From Candidatus Krumholzibacteriota bacterium (GTDB lineage Bacteria; Krumholzibacteriota; Krumholzibacteriia; JAJRXK01), in NCBI GenBank assembly GCA_963764625.1, contig CAVXTH010000005.1, forward strand, positions 128,001-192,000: 64,000 bases of DNA, read 5' to 3'. The notes under the pieces were generated by a model. It ran no database searches. It was given only the letters and a program-made list of their open reading frames with translations, and was not told where the DNA came from. Shown in pieces: positions 34,013-43,825 of this stretch. A program made the translations under genes and the position numbers. How positions within the stretch are numbered: position 1 is the stretch's first letter; every line of letters begins with the position of its first letter.

Positions 34013-35019
34013 CGAACGACGGTGACGTGGGCTCGAGGAAGACGGTCGTTGCGCGCTCGATTCGAGAGTGCGATCGGCAGAGCGACTCCATCGGTGACGA
34101 GGATTTGATGTTCGAGAATGCGAAGACTCGAGGGGACGTCCGGCGCGGGATCGGTCTCGGGCTCGATGGTCACCATGGCCGTCCAGCTTCCATCGTTCAG
34201 GGTCAGCACGAGGTCCTGCACGAAATCCTGTCCTGGGAAATCCGGAGAGTAGATCCCGGGCACCGCGTAGGGGCCGGCGCCATCGCTATCGACGCCGCTG
34301 GCGGAGGTGAAACGGCCCAGGGAGTGCAGCTGCAGCGGCAAGAGACTGGTGGTCTCACGCTGGAACACCCACCCCTCGTAGACGTAAGCGCTGGGGAGTG
34401 GGGTACCCAGCCGAAGGGAAGGGCTCGCCAGAGCGGCGGAATCATAGAACCAGATGCCCTCGGGAAGACTCGCCCCGTCCTCGGCCGTGGCGGAAAAGAG
34501 ACGGAATTCCCCCTCGGGCTCCTTCAAGTCCTTGGGCAGAATTTCGGGACTGTCCCAGCTGAGATCGGTGGAGATCGTACCTCCCGAAGCGACGAAATCT
34601 CCGATGCACAGCAGCATGCCGATCGGATGCGCCACTCCCAGGTCGGCCGGTGGCTGGTAGCTAATCGTAGCGCGCGCGATGGCATCCCGGTTCAATCCGT
34701 CCGGCACCGGAACGCGCGCAAGTACTTTGCCGGTGAGGTCATGCAGCTTCGCGTCGCCATCCAGGCGGAACGAAACCACCGAGGTCCAGTCTTGAGCCAC
34801 TTCCCACGGCTCCTGTCCGGGATCGGGGGTGACGGCGGGAACCCCCAGCCAGAGTTCGTAGAAACCCTGACCCGAGACGAGCGGCCAGAGATCGTCGGCA
34901 CTGAACTCGACCCCGGTTTCCCGCAGGTACGGGACACCGGTGCTCGAATTCGAACAGGAACCGCCTGCTCCCAGAAAAGCCGTGGCCAGAGCGAGCAGCA
35001 GAGTGGGCTTGAATCGCAA
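34009..35019 (-). CDS. Putative lipoprotein of unknown function with two YE(L/G)W half-repeats (family often auto-labelled anti-sigma factor)
   Basis: Signal MRFKPTLLLALATAFLGAGGS-C; FYELWL and YVYEGWVF; LGRF, PDFPGQDF, VTIEP..D..P. Confidence 0.7.
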   Translation of the reverse strand: MRFKPTLLLALATAFLGAGGSCSNSSTGVPYLRETGVEFSADDLWPLVSGQGFYELWLGVPAVTPDPGQEPWEVAQDWTSVVSFRLDGDAKLHDLTGKVLARVPVPDGLNRDAIARATISYQPPADLGVAHPIGMLLCIGDFVASGGTISTDLSWDSPEILPKDLKEPEGEFRLFSATAEDGASLPEGIWFYDSAALASPSLRLGTPLPSAYVYEGWVFQRETTSLLPLQLHSLGRFTSASGVDSDGAGPYAVPGIYSPDFPGQDFVQDLVLTLNDGSWTAMVTIEPETDPAPDVPSSLRILEHQILVTDGVALPIALSNRARNDRLPRAHVTVVR

Positions 35020-35125
35020 CCTGAGTCCTCGCCATCGGGGGGAATCCGCCTCGCAGCGGCTGACACAATATATGATAGACTCCCCAGGCGAAGAAACACG
35101 TCACCCATCGAGCCCGGGAGATCCG

Positions 35126-36882
35126 ATGGACGCAGCGCTTCTGACCCGGCCCCCCACCCTTCTGGCCGTTCTCACCCTCCACGCTCTCCTTTTGGGTCCA
35201 GTGTTCCTCAGCTCGGCCGCCGGGGCTCGCGAAGCGGAGACGAGGGCCGACCTCCTGCTCTATGGGGGCACCATCTACACTTTCGCAGGAGAGACGCCCA
35301 CGCCGGTAAAGGCCCTGGCGGTGCGCGACGGTCTGGTGATCGGGGCCGGATCGAAAGCCCACTGCGAGGCCCTCTGCGACTCCGCGACGGAGAGGATCGA
35401 CCTCGCGGGCGCCACGGCGGTGCCCGGGCTGGTGGATGCGCACGCCCACCTCTTCAATCTCGGCACCTTCCTCAGCCGCGTCTCTCTGATTGGAACCAGC
35501 TCCTGGCAGGAATGCGTGGCCAAGGCGGTGCAGTTCGCGCGCGGGCTGCCCCAGAACACCTGGCTTTTGGGCCGGGGCTGGGACCAGAACGACTGGCCAC
35601 AGCAGACCTTTCCTTCCCGGCACCAGCTGGACGAGGCCTTTCCGACACGTCCGGTGATCCTGGAACGCGTGGACGGGCACGCGTCGTGGGCGAATTCGGC
35701 GGCCCTCCGCGCCGCGGGTATCGACGCCTCCACCCCGGATCCCCCAGGGGGGGAGATCCTGCGCGAGAATGAGGCGGGGACGCCTTCGGGCATCGTGGTC
35801 GATGAAGCGGAGAATCTCCTGTGGGCGGCGGTTCCGCAGCCCGACGCGGCCGAGTGGGATCGGCGCCTGGAGCTGGGCCAAGCAGAGGCGGTTGCGAACG
35901 GCCTTTGCGGAATCCACGAGATGGGCGCCAGTCGCGAGAGAATCGCCGCCCTGCGCCGCGCGCGCGCGGCAGGAAGCCTGAAACTGCGCGTCGTGGTCTA
36001 CCTCTCGGGCGAGAAGACCCTGAGCCAATGGAAAGAGGGGCCCGATCACCCCGGTCGCGACGACCTGCTGCGCATCGAGGGAGTGAAGTTCTACGCGGAT
36101 GGAGCCCTCGGCAGTAGAGGCGCCGCGCTGCTCGAGGACTACAGCGACCGACCAGGGCACCGTGGACTGTTGCAGCACAGCCGTGAGGAGTTGACGCAGC
36201 AGGTCTCAGAGGCTCTCGCGCGCGGCTTCGGGGTCGCCATACACGCCATCGGGGATGCCGCGAACCGGCAAAGCCTCGACGCGATCCGCGATGGGTATCA
36301 GCTGGCGAAGTCCCAACACCCGGAGCTTCCCCCCTTGCGCGAGATGCGCGCCCGCATCGAGCACAGCCAGGTCCTCTCGCCCCAGGACATTCCGCGTTTC
36401 GCTCGCCTCGGGATCATCCCCTCGATGCAGCCGACCCATTGCACCAGCGACATGCCCTGGGCGGAGTCGCGGCTGGGCAAGGCGAGGCTCGCAGGGGCTT
36501 ACGCCTGGCGCAGTCTGCGCGATACCGGCTGCATTCTGCCTCTGGGCAGCGATTTTCCCAGTCGAACGGGTGTCGCCCCTTTTGGGCCTCTACGCCGCCA
36601 TCACCCGTAAGGCGGCCGACGGAGGGGGGCCTCAAGAGGGTTGGTCGAAGGAGCAGTGTCTCACGGCCACCGAGGCGCTTCTGGGGTTCACGGTTTGGGC
36701 GGCGCGGGCCGGGGGATCTCCGTCGGTGGGTCATCTGGCCGTGAAGGAGCGAGCCGACATCACGATTCTCGACAGCGACCCTCTGCGGGATGCTCCCGAG
36801 AAACTCCTGCACGCGCGAGTCCTGCGCACGATCGTCGGACGGAAAGACAGTCTACGTTGCGGCTACGAGTGCGGATCGATGA
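35126..36882 (+). CDS. Exported amidohydrolase 3 (YtcJ-like); two apparent single-base insertions at about 36560 and 36837
   Basis: PGLVDAHAH, GRGWDQ, DGHASWANS, KFYADGALGSRGA, HAIGD, RIEH, SMQPTH, GSDFP. Continues as VERVSP... and ends TIVDGKTVYVAATSADR after correcting the frames. Confidence 0.9.
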
Positions 36883-38245
36883 GCTTGGTGACCAAGAGGA
36901 CCGCGCGCAAACGAAAGAAGAGATCGCGGGGAATGCGATATACCATGTCGTCGCCAATGATGTGCAACCAGTTGTACTGGTCATTTTCACGCCAACCGAT
37001 TTCATAGCTCACGGTCTTGTCGGGCCAGTAGAGCTCGCAGCGCACCTTCTCCACCTGCAGGAAATTTTGAAGTTGATCCTCGGAGCGGAGACGAACGTGC
37101 AGGTCGGACCCCAGCTCCTCGATTCCGTACCTGAGATTCTGTGCCGCGACGAGCAGCGATTCCCTGTCGCCCGTATAGCCCAAAGGAGCCCGCAGAGCCC
37201 ATTCACGACGATAGCCCGGGATGGCCGTCACCGATTCTCCACTCTTCCAGATCACGCGTACGCTATCGAGCAAAGTGTAGTTGTCGGGAACTGGATTCGT
37301 CTCCAACAACTCCTCTAGACTTTTGTCTCCGCTATCCAAGAGCTTGGAACTGATGGTGATGAGCGTGCGCTCCTCGTCGCGCCGTGCGTAATTCACCCCG
37401 TGCTCGTCCACGTTTCCCAGGCGCAGACGATGGGAGTCCGCATCGGCCACGAAGCGCAGGTCGAGCACCGGATTGCTAAGGCCGTAGCCGTAGAACAACG
37501 AATCGCTCGCTCCGTCCGCGACGTAGCGCCGAATGCGGGTATGGACTAGGTCGTACACCAGGGTGTGAAGATCGCGCCGCTTGAGCTGCCGCGGGTTCTT
37601 CCCGGTAGTGAACCAAAGCCCGCGCGCGTTGCGAGCGGCCTCAAACGAGGTCCTGTCGTTGCGCAGATCAATCTGGCCGATCTGCTCGATCGTGTAGTCG
37701 AAGAGGTCGTAGATGCGCAGAGCCTCGTACGAGGTTTTCGCGAGTTCCGACACTCCCCGTTCTGCCAACACCACTTCGCGGCGGCCCCCGACTCGCAAAT
37801 AGCTTCCGCTATCGCTGGGATTGTTCCTTCCGATCCAGTAGATATGCGGCGGGCGCCCCGCTTCGATCAATTCCACCCAATACGAAGGACGCCGGAGACC
37901 ACCAAGGGCGTACGCGTCGAGCGCGGTGGTGTCGACCCCGCTCGCCACCACTTTCGTTCCCCGCGCGCGACAGAGTGCCGAGATCATCCCCCGGGTGGCC
38001 TTGTCGTCCGCGCGTTCCTTCACCGGTGATTGCAACCACCATTGCCCATGATGCCGCACCACGCTCAGAAAGGAGTTGGGTTGGTGAATGCGGAGCGTGT
38101 CGACGAGCTCCGGATCGAGCCGGCTCAGCTGCAGCGCGACGTCTTCGTGCTTCTCCCTGAGGGTTTGCCGCGGGAGATCCCACAGGAAGAGGATGGCCGC
38201 CAGAAGAGCGACGATGACCAGAGGGAGGACGATACCCCGCCTCAT
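36863..38245 (-). CDS. DUF4340-domain protein, N-terminally anchored
   Basis: TM anchor; repeated W...P....AD, Y(A/G)L..P, (I/L)G......Y.R units; ATGA-coupled to the GldG-like gene; start ATG 38245. Confidence 0.8.
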   Translation of the reverse strand: MRRGIVLPLVIVALLAAILFLWDLPRQTLREKHEDVALQLSRLDPELVDTLRIHQPNSFLSVVRHHGQWWLQSPVKERADDKATRGMISALCRARGTKVVASGVDTTALDAYALGGLRRPSYWVELIEAGRPPHIYWIGRNNPSDSGSYLRVGGRREVVLAERGVSELAKTSYEALRIYDLFDYTIEQIGQIDLRNDRTSFEAARNARGLWFTTGKNPRQLKRRDLHTLVYDLVHTRIRRYVADGASDSLFYGYGLSNPVLDLRFVADADSHRLRLGNVDEHGVNYARRDEERTLITISSKLLDSGDKSLEELLETNPVPDNYTLLDSVRVIWKSGESVTAIPGYRREWALRAPLGYTGDRESLLVAAQNLRYGIEELGSDLHVRLRSEDQLQNFLQVEKVRCELYWPDKTVSYEIGWRENDQYNWLHIIGDDMVYRIPRDLFFRLRAVLLVTKLIDPHS

Positions 38246-39762
38246 ATCCACTTCCTTCGCCACCACACCACGCCGATGGCCAGAACGAGGAAGATGCCCG
38301 GGACGACTCCGATTCCGATGATCCGCAACCAGGTTCTCTGGCGAATCGTCAAGAGAACCGGATCGAAGAGCTCGGGCCCGGGGCCGATCGCGATTCGATT
38401 CTCCTTCTCGCTCAACCACAGAGTCAGGTCGAGAAAGAGGTCTCCGTTCCCCCAGGCCAAGAGGTTGGCGTTGTTCACGAAATCGACGTCGCCCATCACC
38501 ACGATGCGGGTCTTGCTCCGCGGCCGTTGCACCATTTTCTCGTCTCCGACGGTGAGGGTGTCCCCCACTCCGCGTTGGTCGAAATCTCCGGGGTGCATGT
38601 CCATGAGAGTCTGTTCGAGCCCTTGGCTCCGGTTGCGCCAATCGAGCTTGAACAGCCTTAGATCGACTTCGACCGCGTAACCCAACGAAAGCGGACCGGC
38701 CAGATCGGTCCCGGCGTCGAAGGTCGCACCGGGATCTCCCAGTTGCGTGAGCGTAGTCTCACCCCATGCCTCCTTCGCGGTTTCTACGATTCTCGTGATT
38801 TTCACTCCGGGAGGTGGCGGTTGGACCGATGAGATCGACCGGGCGATGGGATAGAGCGTCACGTGGTTGAAGCCGAGGGTTCCCTCGAAATCGGGGTTGG
38901 CGCTGCGGGCCATGGCGATGCGGTCACTCGCGCCATTGGTGGTGTTCTTCTGCTGAGAGCTCTGGTCGATCACGAAATCGAGATCGGGATGCAACCCGTA
39001 CTCGGCAACGAAAGTGTCTGCGCCGGCCGAACCCAATGGCTCCAGCAGTGCGAACAGACTCCCTCCGTGCAGTATGTAGCGGTTGAGAACCTCCCTCTCT
39101 CTCGCTCGAATCTCGCCCGAAGGCGCGGCGAGAATCACCACATCGGCGTCACTCGGAATGGAATCGGCGCCCGGGAGATCGAAAGTGTCGACCTGAAAGC
39201 TCTGTTGGCGCAGCGAATCGGCCAACTTGCTCAGGCCGCCGCCCGACTGATTCTCGATGGAAGCTTCGCCGTGCCCGGTGAGAAAGAGAATTCGCGGAGA
39301 GTCGTGGGAGATGAGGCGCAGAAGGGCGCCGCTGAGTCGAGATTCGCCCAGGTCCCTCACTCGGAGTTTCAGATCGCCGCTCGTCAACACGAGGGTTCGA
39401 TTCAAACTCACTCCATACTTCTCCGCCAACTCCGGATGGCGGTCCAGGTCGACAAATTCATAGCTGAACTCGGATGACTGCTGCCGGTAGCGCTCCAGAA
39501 GGAGCCTCACCTGTTCCCGGGCGGTGGGATCGTCTTCGTAGAACGCGAGGGCGTGCACCGGCCGGTCGAGCTTCTTCAGCAAGCGCACGGTCTCCGGAGA
39601 GAGACTGCGCCGCGCGCCGTAGGACAGATCGACGCGAAAATCGTGACGCGTGCTCAAAACGCCGGCCAGGGCCAGGGCCACCACCCACAGAAACGCACCG
39701 AAGTACCAACTCCAGGCGCCGCTTCTCCTTCGCTTGGTCCCTATCTTCGGGGATTCATCCAC
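38242..39762 (-). CDS. GldG-family ABC-associated periplasmic protein (GIFT/IFT52-like domain)
   Basis: RVDLS...SLSPET..LL..LDRPV, FLTGHGE, ILAAP, YILHGG, RIVVMGDVDF..N, GNGDLF, C-terminal TM ending WWRRK. Confidence 0.88.
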   Translation of the reverse strand: MDESPKIGTKRRRSGAWSWYFGAFLWVVALALAGVLSTRHDFRVDLSYGARRSLSPETVRLLKKLDRPVHALAFYEDDPTAREQVRLLLERYRQQSSEFSYEFVDLDRHPELAEKYGVSLNRTLVLTSGDLKLRVRDLGESRLSGALLRLISHDSPRILFLTGHGEASIENQSGGGLSKLADSLRQQSFQVDTFDLPGADSIPSDADVVILAAPSGEIRAREREVLNRYILHGGSLFALLEPLGSAGADTFVAEYGLHPDLDFVIDQSSQQKNTTNGASDRIAMARSANPDFEGTLGFNHVTLYPIARSISSVQPPPPGVKITRIVETAKEAWGETTLTQLGDPGATFDAGTDLAGPLSLGYAVEVDLRLFKLDWRNRSQGLEQTLMDMHPGDFDQRGVGDTLTVGDEKMVQRPRSKTRIVVMGDVDFVNNANLLAWGNGDLFLDLTLWLSEKENRIAIGPGPELFDPVLLTIRQRTWLRIIGIGVVPGIFLVLAIGVVWWRRKWI

Positions 39763-39772
39763 CGGTTCACCC

Positions 39773-40544
39773 TCACCCCCCCCAACGCCGTGAGCTCAAG
39801 ACTCCCGTGGCGAGAAAGAGAAAGAAGGCCCCCACACCGACGAAATAGACGAGGTCGCTCGCTTGAATTAGGCCGTAGCTGGTGGGGCTGAAATGGGAGG
39901 CGAGAGAGAGCCATCCGGTGACGGCGGCCCAGAATCCGTCGAGATTCTGGCTCCACCAACCCAAGAACCACGAGCTGAACAAAACGACGACCGTGGCGCC
40001 GTAGGCGAGGACCTGATTCGCGGTGAGGGCCGAGAAGAGAGTTCCGAGGGCCAGACTGCAGAGCCCGAAGAGGAGAAGCCCCACAGAGCTGCGAGAGAAC
40101 GGTGGGAAGCTCCACCCCTCCGAAGAACGAGGTACACAGGGGAGCCAACAAGCCCAAGAAGAGCAGTCCCCCGAGCATGGCGGCCGCGGCCAGGAACTTC
40201 CCCATCACGATCTCGACCTCACGCAGAGGATAACTCATGAGGATTTCACTAGTACCACTGCGCCACTCCTCCGACAGGAGCCGCATGGTCAATCCGGGCA
40301 GAAGGAGGAGCAGAAGAAAAGTGTCGCCGCTGGCGAGAGGCTGAAGGACCGCGTCCACCAGATTGAGCCGCATGGGAGACTGGCTGGCGCTCATCGCCAT
40401 CAAGCTCGCCCCCGAGTAGTTTTCCAGAAGGGAGACGAAGTAGATGCCATGCACCAAGAGAAAGAGCCCTGCCACCGCGAATCCCACCGGACTGCGGAAA
40501 TTGCGCCGCAATTCCATGCGCGCTAGGGAGAGAGCGGCCCTCAA
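39773..40544 (-). CDS. GldF-like ABC-2 permease; single frameshift at about 40085
   Basis: ELRRNFRSP, LTMRLLSEEWRSGTSEIL, GKFLA in frame 1; GTLFSALTANQVLA, SHF...GLIQASDLVYF in frame 2. Confidence 0.88.
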
Positions 40545-41500
40545 GGTTGAGCTCCTTTCTCCTCGCGAACCAGACGGAGGAAGACTTCTTCCAAACCGAG
40601 GTTCTGGGGCGTCAGTTCACACACCGCGAAGCCGCCGCGCACGAGGGTGTCGATCAATCGGGCCGCGGAGGTACGGTGTTCCAATTCCAGCCCGAAGGCG
40701 CACTGTCCGGCCGGACTCTCTCTTGGCTCCAAGGACTTCACGAAATCCAGGCGCTGTAAGATCTTTCCCGCTTCGTCGACCCCCTGGGGGCTCTTGATTT
40801 GATCGATCACCAGATGAACGAAAGTGCCACCATGGATACTCTGCTCGAGTACGGACGGTGTGTCCTCGGCCATGCAGCGGCCATGGTTCAAGATGAGGAC
40901 GCGGGTGCAAAGGCGCCTGGCTTCGGGAATGATGTGCGTGGAGAGGATCACCGCCTTTTGCTTGGCCAGGCCGGCGATGCGCTCGCGAATCTCCACGATC
41001 TGACCGGGATCGAGGCCGACGGTGGGTTCGTCGAGGACGAGCGCCGGTGGATCGCCGATCAGGGCCTGCGCCAAACCGATTCGCTGCCGGTACCCTCGCG
41101 AACAGAAGCCGATGAGACGATTCGCCACCGAGCCCAGAGCACAGAGCTCGATGACCCGGTCGAGCTCGGCGGTCTCGCGAGACTTTGACACTCCCTTGAT
41201 GCAGGCCACCGTACGCAAGAACTCACGGACTTTCAGTTCGGGATAGAGCGCGATGGCTTCGGGCAGGAAGCCGAGTAGACGGCGCGCGGCCAGCGACTCT
41301 TGGGAAATGTCGTGGCCCCCGATTCTGATGCGTCCCGCCGTCGGCGAGAGCAGCCCGACGATGGCGCGCAGGGCCGTGCTCTTGCCGGCGCCGTTGGGAC
41401 CGAGCAGTCCCAGAACCTCTCCCACATTAACGGTGAAGCTCAGAGCATCCACCGCAAGGAGAGAACCGTAGCGGTGAGTGAGATCGGTGACCTCGATCAT
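40541..41500 (-). CDS. GldA-like ABC transporter ATP-binding protein
   Basis: GPNGAGKS, CSRGYRQR signature variant, LDEPTVGLDP, LSTHI, LEEVFLRL; ATGA-coupled to fabH. Confidence 0.93.
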   Translation of the reverse strand: MIEVTDLTHRYGSLLAVDALSFTVNVGEVLGLLGPNGAGKSTALRAIVGLLSPTAGRIRIGGHDISQESLAARRLLGFLPEAIALYPELKVREFLRTVACIKGVSKSRETAELDRVIELCALGSVANRLIGFCSRGYRQRIGLAQALIGDPPALVLDEPTVGLDPGQIVEIRERIAGLAKQKAVILSTHIIPEARRLCTRVLILNHGRCMAEDTPSVLEQSIHGGTFVHLVIDQIKSPQGVDEAGKILQRLDFVKSLEPRESPAGQCAFGLELEHRTSAARLIDTLVRGGFAVCELTPQNLGLEEVFLRLVREEKGAQP

Positions 41501-42531
41501 GCTCGGGTTGATATCCCTCCGGCGGGCGTCCAGCGAAGCGCGGCGGCGCCCCAGGTGTAACCGGCGCCAAAGGTGGCAAAGAGCAGGGTGTCACCGGGCT
41601 TGATCTTCTTTTCGTCGTGAGCGATGCGCAAAGCGCCGGGAATGGTCGCCGATGTGGTGTTTCCGAGTCTGTCGATGGTCACCATCATGCGCTCGGGCGG
41701 CAGATTCAGCTTGCGGCGCGCAAAATCCATGATGCGCAGATTGGCCTGATGGGGAATGAAGAGGTCGATGTCCTCACTCTTCAGGCCCGCCTTCTCCAGC
41801 ACCCGTTGACTGATCTTGGTGATTCCTTCCACCGCGACTTTGAAGACCGCCTTGCCATCCTGCCAGAGGTAGTGCATGCCGGCGTCGACCGTCTCGTGAG
41901 TCGTTGGATGAAGGCTGCCTCCACCCTTCATGTACAGGTACTCCGCCCCCGAGCCATCGGCGCCGTTCTCCCAGGCCAGAATTCCCTCGGTATCATCCGG
42001 AAGACGCTGCACCACGGTAGCGGCGCCCGCGTCTCCGAAGAGGATGCAGGTATTGCGATCTTTCCAGTTCGCGATGGTGGACATGATCTCAGCGCCGACC
42101 ACGAGAACGTTATCATGGGCTCCTGACCGCACGAGGCTCTCCGCCAGGGCCAGAGAGTAGACGTAGCCGCTGCAGGCACCCAGAAGATCGAAGGCCCAGG
42201 CGTTCTTGGCGTTGATCTTCTCCTGCAGAATGCAGGCGGTGGAGGGAAAGATCATGTCGGGGGTCACCGTGGCCACGATGATGCAATCCACCTGGGCCGG
42301 ATCCACTCCGGCCATTTCGAGAGCCTGCATCGAGGCCGGTGCACCCAGTTCGCTGGCTGGAGTCCCCGGCTCGACGATATGACGCTCCCGGATGCCCGTG
42401 CGCTCCACGATCCACTTGTCGTCGGTGTCGACCATCTTCTCCAGATCGTGATTGGTGAGAACCCGCTCGGGGAGGTAGAGACCCACCCCGGTGATTCCCA
42501 CGTTCATCCTTGGCTTGCTTGACTGCGACAT
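41497..42531 (-). CDS. fabH: 3-oxoacyl-ACP synthase III
   Basis: WIVERTGIRER, ACSG (Cys), LFGDA, PHQAN (His), GNT (Asn), FGAGYTWG; GGAGG SD before ATG 42531. Confidence 0.95.
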   Translation of the reverse strand: MSQSSKPRMNVGITGVGLYLPERVLTNHDLEKMVDTDDKWIVERTGIRERHIVEPGTPASELGAPASMQALEMAGVDPAQVDCIIVATVTPDMIFPSTACILQEKINAKNAWAFDLLGACSGYVYSLALAESLVRSGAHDNVLVVGAEIMSTIANWKDRNTCILFGDAGAATVVQRLPDDTEGILAWENGADGSGAEYLYMKGGGSLHPTTHETVDAGMHYLWQDGKAVFKVAVEGITKISQRVLEKAGLKSEDIDLFIPHQANLRIMDFARRKLNLPPERMMVTIDRLGNTTSATIPGALRIAHDEKKIKPGDTLLFATFGAGYTWGAAALRWTPAGGISTRA

Positions 42532-42562
42532 GACCCCTCCGGGTGGGTAAAGGCGATTCGTG

Positions 42563-42591
42563 ACCTTAGGCCACCGCTCTCCGGCGTGCAA
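42563..42591 (-). promoter_or_regulatory. Candidate sigma70 promoter for the fabH-gldAFG-DUF4340 unit
   Basis: TTGCAC-N17-TAAGGT, 31 nt upstream of the fabH ATG. Confidence 0.45.
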
Positions 42592-42597
42592 GCACGC

Positions 42598-43797
42598 TCA
42601 CGATAGGGCCGCGGTCACTTCGCGAAGGTAGGTGGAAAGGAGCTTCAGACCCTCCACCAGGGTCTCTTCCTCCACTCCGAATCCCAGGCGAAATCCTGTG
42701 GGCTCCTCGAAAAACGCACCCGGAGTGACGAGTACGCCATGCCGGCGTTTCAACTCCTCGATCCACCAAACGGTGGAATCCGGATCGCAATCGAGGCCGA
42801 AACCGAAGGCTCCGCTCACCCCCCGCGCACGCGCAGCGGCCGCGGCCTTCCGAGCCGCCTCTGCCTTGAGGCGACAGAAGGCGATGATGCCGTATTCGCT
42901 CAGGTCGGTCGTGAGGATGTCTGCGAGTTCGCGTGCCCACTCGGCCACCAAAGGGCGTCTCCGTCGCGCGAGTTCGCGTGCTCGCTCGTGGAGATTCTCC
43001 CTCTGTTCCCACGCTCTCAGGGCCACGGCTTGCGAAGGAATCGGCAGGAACACCGGCCCATAATCGCTCACGTTCAACGCGCCGGCGATCCACTCCGCCT
43101 CGGCAATCAGGGCGCTGCAGCGAATCGCTCCCAAACCCATGACCTTGGTGAAGGAACGGATCACGGCCGCCTCGGGCAAGACCTCAAGGAAGCTCCGCCG
43201 CTGCGTGTCGGGCAGGAATTCCAAATAGACTTCATCGCTCAGGACCGCGCAGCCGCACGCGCGGGACCACGCGGCCACCGCCTCCATTTCCTCCGCGCTC
43301 AGGCTGGCCATGCTGGGATTGTGGGGATGGCTCAGGACCAGGAGGCTGGGCGATCGGTCCGCGAACTCCTGCAGGCGATCGAGTGCGAGTCCCATGCTTC
43401 CGTCCGCGCGCCGACGCGGCAGACGCAGGACTTCCGCCTGCAGCGCGTGCGGAATGCGGCGCAGCGGCTCGTAGGCCGGTTCCTCGACGATCACCGGACC
43501 CGGCCAAAGTTCCAGACGCGCCGCCACCGCCAAGAAGACGTTCCAGTGGCTGCCCGGCTGCACCAACACTTCCCGGGGCTCGCGGTGCAGAGCGGCCGCG
43601 ATCCGATGCGCGAGCGGCGGGTAGTCGACTCCCGGCTCCGCGATGAGCTCGCTGGGGGCGAGATCCCGCAGCCACTCGCCCGGCGGCGGGCTCATTCCAC
43701 TGAGTACGAAGGAGTAGCGCACTCCCTCGTGGGTGGAAGGCTGCCGAATCCAGCGCAGGTACTCGATCGCGGGAAATTGCACTCGGAACTCTCCCAT
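42598..43797 (-). CDS. PLP-dependent aminotransferase, class I/II
   Basis: EEPAYEP, SHPHNPS, SDEVY, SFTKVMGLGAIR (PLP lysine), PGAFF, FRLGF. Confidence 0.88.
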   Translation of the reverse strand: MGEFRVQFPAIEYLRWIRQPSTHEGVRYSFVLSGMSPPPGEWLRDLAPSELIAEPGVDYPPLAHRIAAALHREPREVLVQPGSHWNVFLAVAARLELWPGPVIVEEPAYEPLRRIPHALQAEVLRLPRRRADGSMGLALDRLQEFADRSPSLLVLSHPHNPSMASLSAEEMEAVAAWSRACGCAVLSDEVYLEFLPDTQRRSFLEVLPEAAVIRSFTKVMGLGAIRCSALIAEAEWIAGALNVSDYGPVFLPIPSQAVALRAWEQRENLHERARELARRRRPLVAEWARELADILTTDLSEYGIIAFCRLKAEAARKAAAAARARGVSGAFGFGLDCDPDSTVWWIEELKRRHGVLVTPGAFFEEPTGFRLGFGVEEETLVEGLKLLSTYLREVTAALS

Positions 43798-43825
43798 CCC
43801 CTTCAGAAGATCAAGGTCTTGACAT

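Noticed and set aside
30200-40090. Programmed ribosomal frameshifting or phase variation at the broken genes
   Set aside because: There are no slippery X XXY YYZ sites or long homopolymer/SSR tracts at the breakpoints. Multiple unrelated genes are affected in one region, so sequencing error is more parsimonious.
36863-41500. Gliding-motility locus
   Set aside because: GldA/F/G-like ABC cassettes with DUF4340 are widespread in non-gliding bacteria, and no gldK/L/M/N or sprB is present in the window.
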